In this document: positions 6,294-8,608 of the stretch, piece after piece
Layout: the number at the start of each line of letters is the position of its first letter
How positions within the stretch are numbered: position 1 is the first letter of the stretch
Assembly: GCA_964565725.1 (NCBI GenBank)
Contig: CAZMGA010000022.1
Span: forward strand, 1 to 8,608
DNA from: an uncultured archaeon
GTDB taxonomy: Archaea > Iainarchaeota > Iainarchaeia > Iainarchaeales > 0-14-0-20-30-16
DNA: 8,608 nt
Direction: 5' to 3'
The notes under the pieces: model-generated
Told to the model about the DNA's origin: nothing
The model's input: only the letters and a program-made list of their open reading frames with translations
The model's database searches: none
Program-made: the position numbers and the translations under genes

Positions 6294-7010
6294 TTACATA
6301 TTCATTAAATTATTGTTTAAATCTGCAGAATCTTGTTTTATAAAATCTAAAACTTTAATTCTAAAAGTTAAATCTTTTACTGCCAAATAAAACTTACAAT
6401 CTAAATTTACAATATCTTTTTCTAAATTATAATCTATAGTTTCACAAGAATATTTTTTATTAAGAATATTAAAATAAAATGTTTTATTCATTAATTGATC
6501 TATATTATATTCTTTTCCAGTAGATTCTTTTACATATAGCATTATATTAGAAGGTGTTTGTTGTATTCTAATAGTTTGTGCATTTTTCCCATAACCTTCA
6601 TCTGGTGGTATAACAACAGTTATTTCTTGGCCTTTTTTTAATCCCAGAACTGCATTTTCAAAACCAACAATCATATTATGACTACCTACAACAAATTCTA
6701 GATTAGAATCATCATAAAAAGTACTTTCTAAAATAGCATTATCTACTGTTAATTCATAATCTACTATTACAATATCATTATTATCTATAAAAAATGCATT
6801 TTCATCTATTATTTTTGTTTTTGATTCTTTATAATAATTTAAACTTATACCTACTACTGCAAAAACTACTAAAACAATAAATAAGATATAAAAAATTAAT
6901 TGATTTTTATCTTCAATTTTATTTATTTTGTTTTTGATATTTAATTTTTCTGGTTCTTTTTTAATTTCTTTTATTTTAAATTTTAAATTATTTTTATCCA
7001 TAGTAATCAC
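6294..7010 (-). CDS. FKBP-type (SlyD-like) peptidyl-prolyl cis-trans isomerase with N-terminal membrane anchor; ATG at 7001 is the likelier start
   Basis: TM segment LIFYILFIVLVVFAVVGISLNYY, then LEFVVGSHNMIVGFENAVLGLKKGQEITVVIPPDEGYG (FKBP core) and LAVKDLTFRIKVLDF (SlyD-like C-terminal strand). The 7010 start is GTG; a GTGA signal sits 5 nt before ATG 7001. Confidence 0.85.
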   Translation of the reverse strand: MITMDKNNLKFKIKEIKKEPEKLNIKNKINKIEDKNQLIFYILFIVLVVFAVVGISLNYYKESKTKIIDENAFFIDNNDIVIVDYELTVDNAILESTFYDDSNLEFVVGSHNMIVGFENAVLGLKKGQEITVVIPPDEGYGKNAQTIRIQQTPSNIMLYVKESTGKEYNIDQLMNKTFYFNILNKKYSCETIDYNLEKDIVNLDCKFYLAVKDLTFRIKVLDFIKQDSADLNNNLMNM

Positions 7011-7438
7011 TTTAATCCTGTAGATCCTAATCCTCCTCTACTTTTTTCTTCAATTAGATCTACTTCTTCAAAATTAACAACAGCACAATTTACAAAAACA
7101 CATTGAACTAAACGATCTCCTTTTTCTATTTTTATTAAATTATCAGTAAAATTATATAATATAGCTTTACCCTCATCTTCTGGACCAGAAAAATCTTGAT
7201 CAAATAAACCTATACCATTCAATAACATTAAACCCTTTTTATGTAATCCAGAACGTGCAATCCACAATAAAGCATAACCTTTAGGGCATTCAATAATTAC
7301 ATTTTGCGCAACATACCTAAATTCTTTAGGAGGTATTTCTAAACTTTCTCTAGAATACAAATCAAAACCAACACTACCAGAAGTATGATATTTAGGTAAA
7401 GGTAAAGATTTATCTATTCTTTTTATTCTAACAAACAT
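7007..7438 (-). CDS. dut: dUTP diphosphatase (trimeric dUTPase family)
   Basis: Motifs AGSVGFDLYS-like (SGSVGFDLYS), ARSGLHKKG, NGIGLFDQDFSGPEDEG, GDRLVQCVF, C-terminal RGGLGSTG. Confidence 0.92.
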   Translation of the reverse strand: MFVRIKRIDKSLPLPKYHTSGSVGFDLYSRESLEIPPKEFRYVAQNVIIECPKGYALLWIARSGLHKKGLMLLNGIGLFDQDFSGPEDEGKAILYNFTDNLIKIEKGDRLVQCVFVNCAVVNFEEVDLIEEKSRGGLGSTGLK

Positions 7439-7497
7439 ATTTCCACTTAATTATATATAAAGAATAAAAATATATATATTTTGTACAATATATTATT
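7439..7497. promoter_or_regulatory. 59-bp intergenic region likely holding divergent promoters for dut and 7498..8142
   Basis: Two TATA-like boxes, ttatatataa (7451-7460) and tatatatatt (7471-7480), between divergent start codons. Confidence 0.55.
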
Positions 7498-8142
7498 ATG
7501 GCTAAACCAAGAAGAGTTAAATTTGAGCATCCTGTTTTATTTGTTAATGAAGTCAAAGAAAGATTAGAAAATCCAATTGATAGAATAAAAAAAGAAAGAT
7601 TAGAAAGACAAAGATTAGAAAATGAAAGATTAAAAAGAAGAACTCAATTATATAGACAAAAAACAGTAAGTGAAACTTATACTGAATTTCAAAAAGTTTT
7701 TGATACTTTAAATAAAATTAATCAAGAAAAAATAAATACAGAAAATACAAAAAAATCATTAGAGCACGATTTAAGATATTTAGCAGGTACTGAAAGAAAA
7801 GAAATGGAAGAATATATTGCTAATTTAAAACCTGATTTAAGTAGTATTATACCTAAAAAAGGAACTATAGATTTTGTGTTTTTTAAATTTATTACAGATA
7901 TTATAAGTGAGCCTGAATTTGCATCATTAAAAAAAGAATATGAAGATAAGATGGCATATAGAAATAGGATAAAGGTTAGTAGACCAGCATTGGATCCCGA
8001 ATATTTAGATATATTAATATTAGAATATAGAACAAATTATAAATATCCTAGTATACAATTTAGTAATAAAATGTATAGATTTATACGTTTTTTAAAAAAA
8101 ATAAATTATAAATTAAGAGAAAATGATTTATCTACTTTTTAA
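7498..8142 (+). CDS. Hypothetical protein, highly charged with predicted coiled coil in N-terminal half
   Basis: ATG-initiated 214-aa ORF; TATA-like tatatatatt at 7471-7480, centred about 22 nt upstream; heptad-like charged stretch ERLENPIDRIKKERLERQRLENERLKRR. No family recognised. Confidence 0.75.
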   Translation: MAKPRRVKFEHPVLFVNEVKERLENPIDRIKKERLERQRLENERLKRRTQLYRQKTVSETYTEFQKVFDTLNKINQEKINTENTKKSLEHDLRYLAGTERKEMEEYIANLKPDLSSIIPKKGTIDFVFFKFITDIISEPEFASLKKEYEDKMAYRNRIKVSRPALDPEYLDILILEYRTNYKYPSIQFSNKMYRFIRFLKKINYKLRENDLSTF

Positions 8143-8275
8143 CCATTAGTAATACCCCAATTAGAATAACTATTAATCCTAAAAAAGGTTGAATTACATC
8201 TAATGGTGCTGGCAAACTAGGAATATAACTTCCAACACCTAAACCTATTAAAAATAAACCTGCTTCATTACCCAT
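8132..8275 (-). CDS. Small two-TM membrane protein, 47 aa (absent from the ORF track)
   Basis: Manual translation: MGNEAGLFLIGLGVGSYIPSLPAPLDVIQPFLGLIVILIGVLLMVKK*. GGTG ribosome-binding-like sequence 5 nt before ATG; TATA-like TTATATAAATT on the minus strand about 20 nt upstream. Confidence 0.6.
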   Translation of the reverse strand: MGNEAGLFLIGLGVGSYIPSLPAPLDVIQPFLGLIVILIGVLLMVKK

Positions 8276-8387
8276 AACAACACCTTAATTTATATAAGAC
8301 TATTTAATTTATATACTTTTTGTTTAAAAACAAATATATAGTGGGAAGTTATATAATTATATAGATTTTTATTTAATAGTGATTGAT

Positions 8388-8608
8388 ATGAATATAGAGG
8401 ATAATTTAAAAGGAATAAAAGAATATTTACCAGAAGAACAAGAAATTAGAGAGTATATTACAGATATATTAAAAATTAATTTTAAAAAATATGGATTTAA
8501 ACCATTAGAAAGTAGTATTTTAGAATTATATAGTGTAGCAGCATCAAAATATGCTGGAGGAGAGGAAATTTTAAAAGAAACTTATAAATTAACAGATCAA
8601 GGACAAAG
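8388..8608 (+). CDS. hisS: Histidyl-tRNA synthetase, N-terminal fragment (truncated by window edge)
   Basis: Manual translation: MNIEDNLKGIKEYLPEEQEIREYITDILKINFKKYGFKPLESSILELYSVAASKYAGGEEILKETYKLTDQGQ..., matching the HisRS N-terminal pattern (YGFxxxExPxxE...GEE...TYxxxDxGG/Q). GTGA 5 nt before ATG. Confidence 0.75.
   Translation, partial: MNIEDNLKGIKEYLPEEQEIREYITDILKINFKKYGFKPLESSILELYSVAASKYAGGEEILKETYKLTDQGQ

Noticed and set aside
7007-7438. Unusual dUTPase motif III (GLFDQDFSGPEDEG)
   Set aside because: Within the known variation of trimeric dUTPases; all five motifs are recognisable, so not notable by itself.
8319-8334. TTTGTT-TAAA-AACAAA hairpin upstream of hisS
   Set aside because: Short and weak, compatible with AT-rich chance pairing or promoter sequence.

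Overview
AT-rich window that looks chromosomal and archaeal, probably from a DPANN-type (Woesearchaeota/Pacearchaeota-like) genome; the lineage is an inference. Contents, left to right: 5' end of ftsZ (-); a full-length archaeal-type SRP RNA (-) not covered by the ORF track; four tRNA genes (+): Asn-GUU, Ser-GCU, Lys-CUU, Ser-GGA; a 586-aa polytopic LTA-synthase-like alkaline-phosphatase/sulfatase-fold membrane protein (+); a compact minus-strand cluster of dUTPase, membrane-anchored FKBP-type PPIase, HAD hydrolase, bacterial-type MetRS and YprB/RNase H-like exonuclease; a 214-aa charged/coiled-coil hypothetical (+); an unlisted 47-aa two-TM small membrane ORF (-); and the start of a probable hisS (+). 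The best leads are two unexplained, relatively GC-rich, foldable segments inside the tRNA cluster (about 1098-1173 and about 1483-1544). The first ends in a near-perfect 18-bp copy of the 3' end of tRNA-Asn. The second is bracketed by a 26-bp AT-rich palindromic repeat that also precedes a tRNA. Other leads are a consistent GTGA-N4/5-start translation signal, an archaeal LtaS-like enzyme and a transferred bacterial-type MetRS. I see no CRISPR array, integrase, transposase or recognisable defence system.
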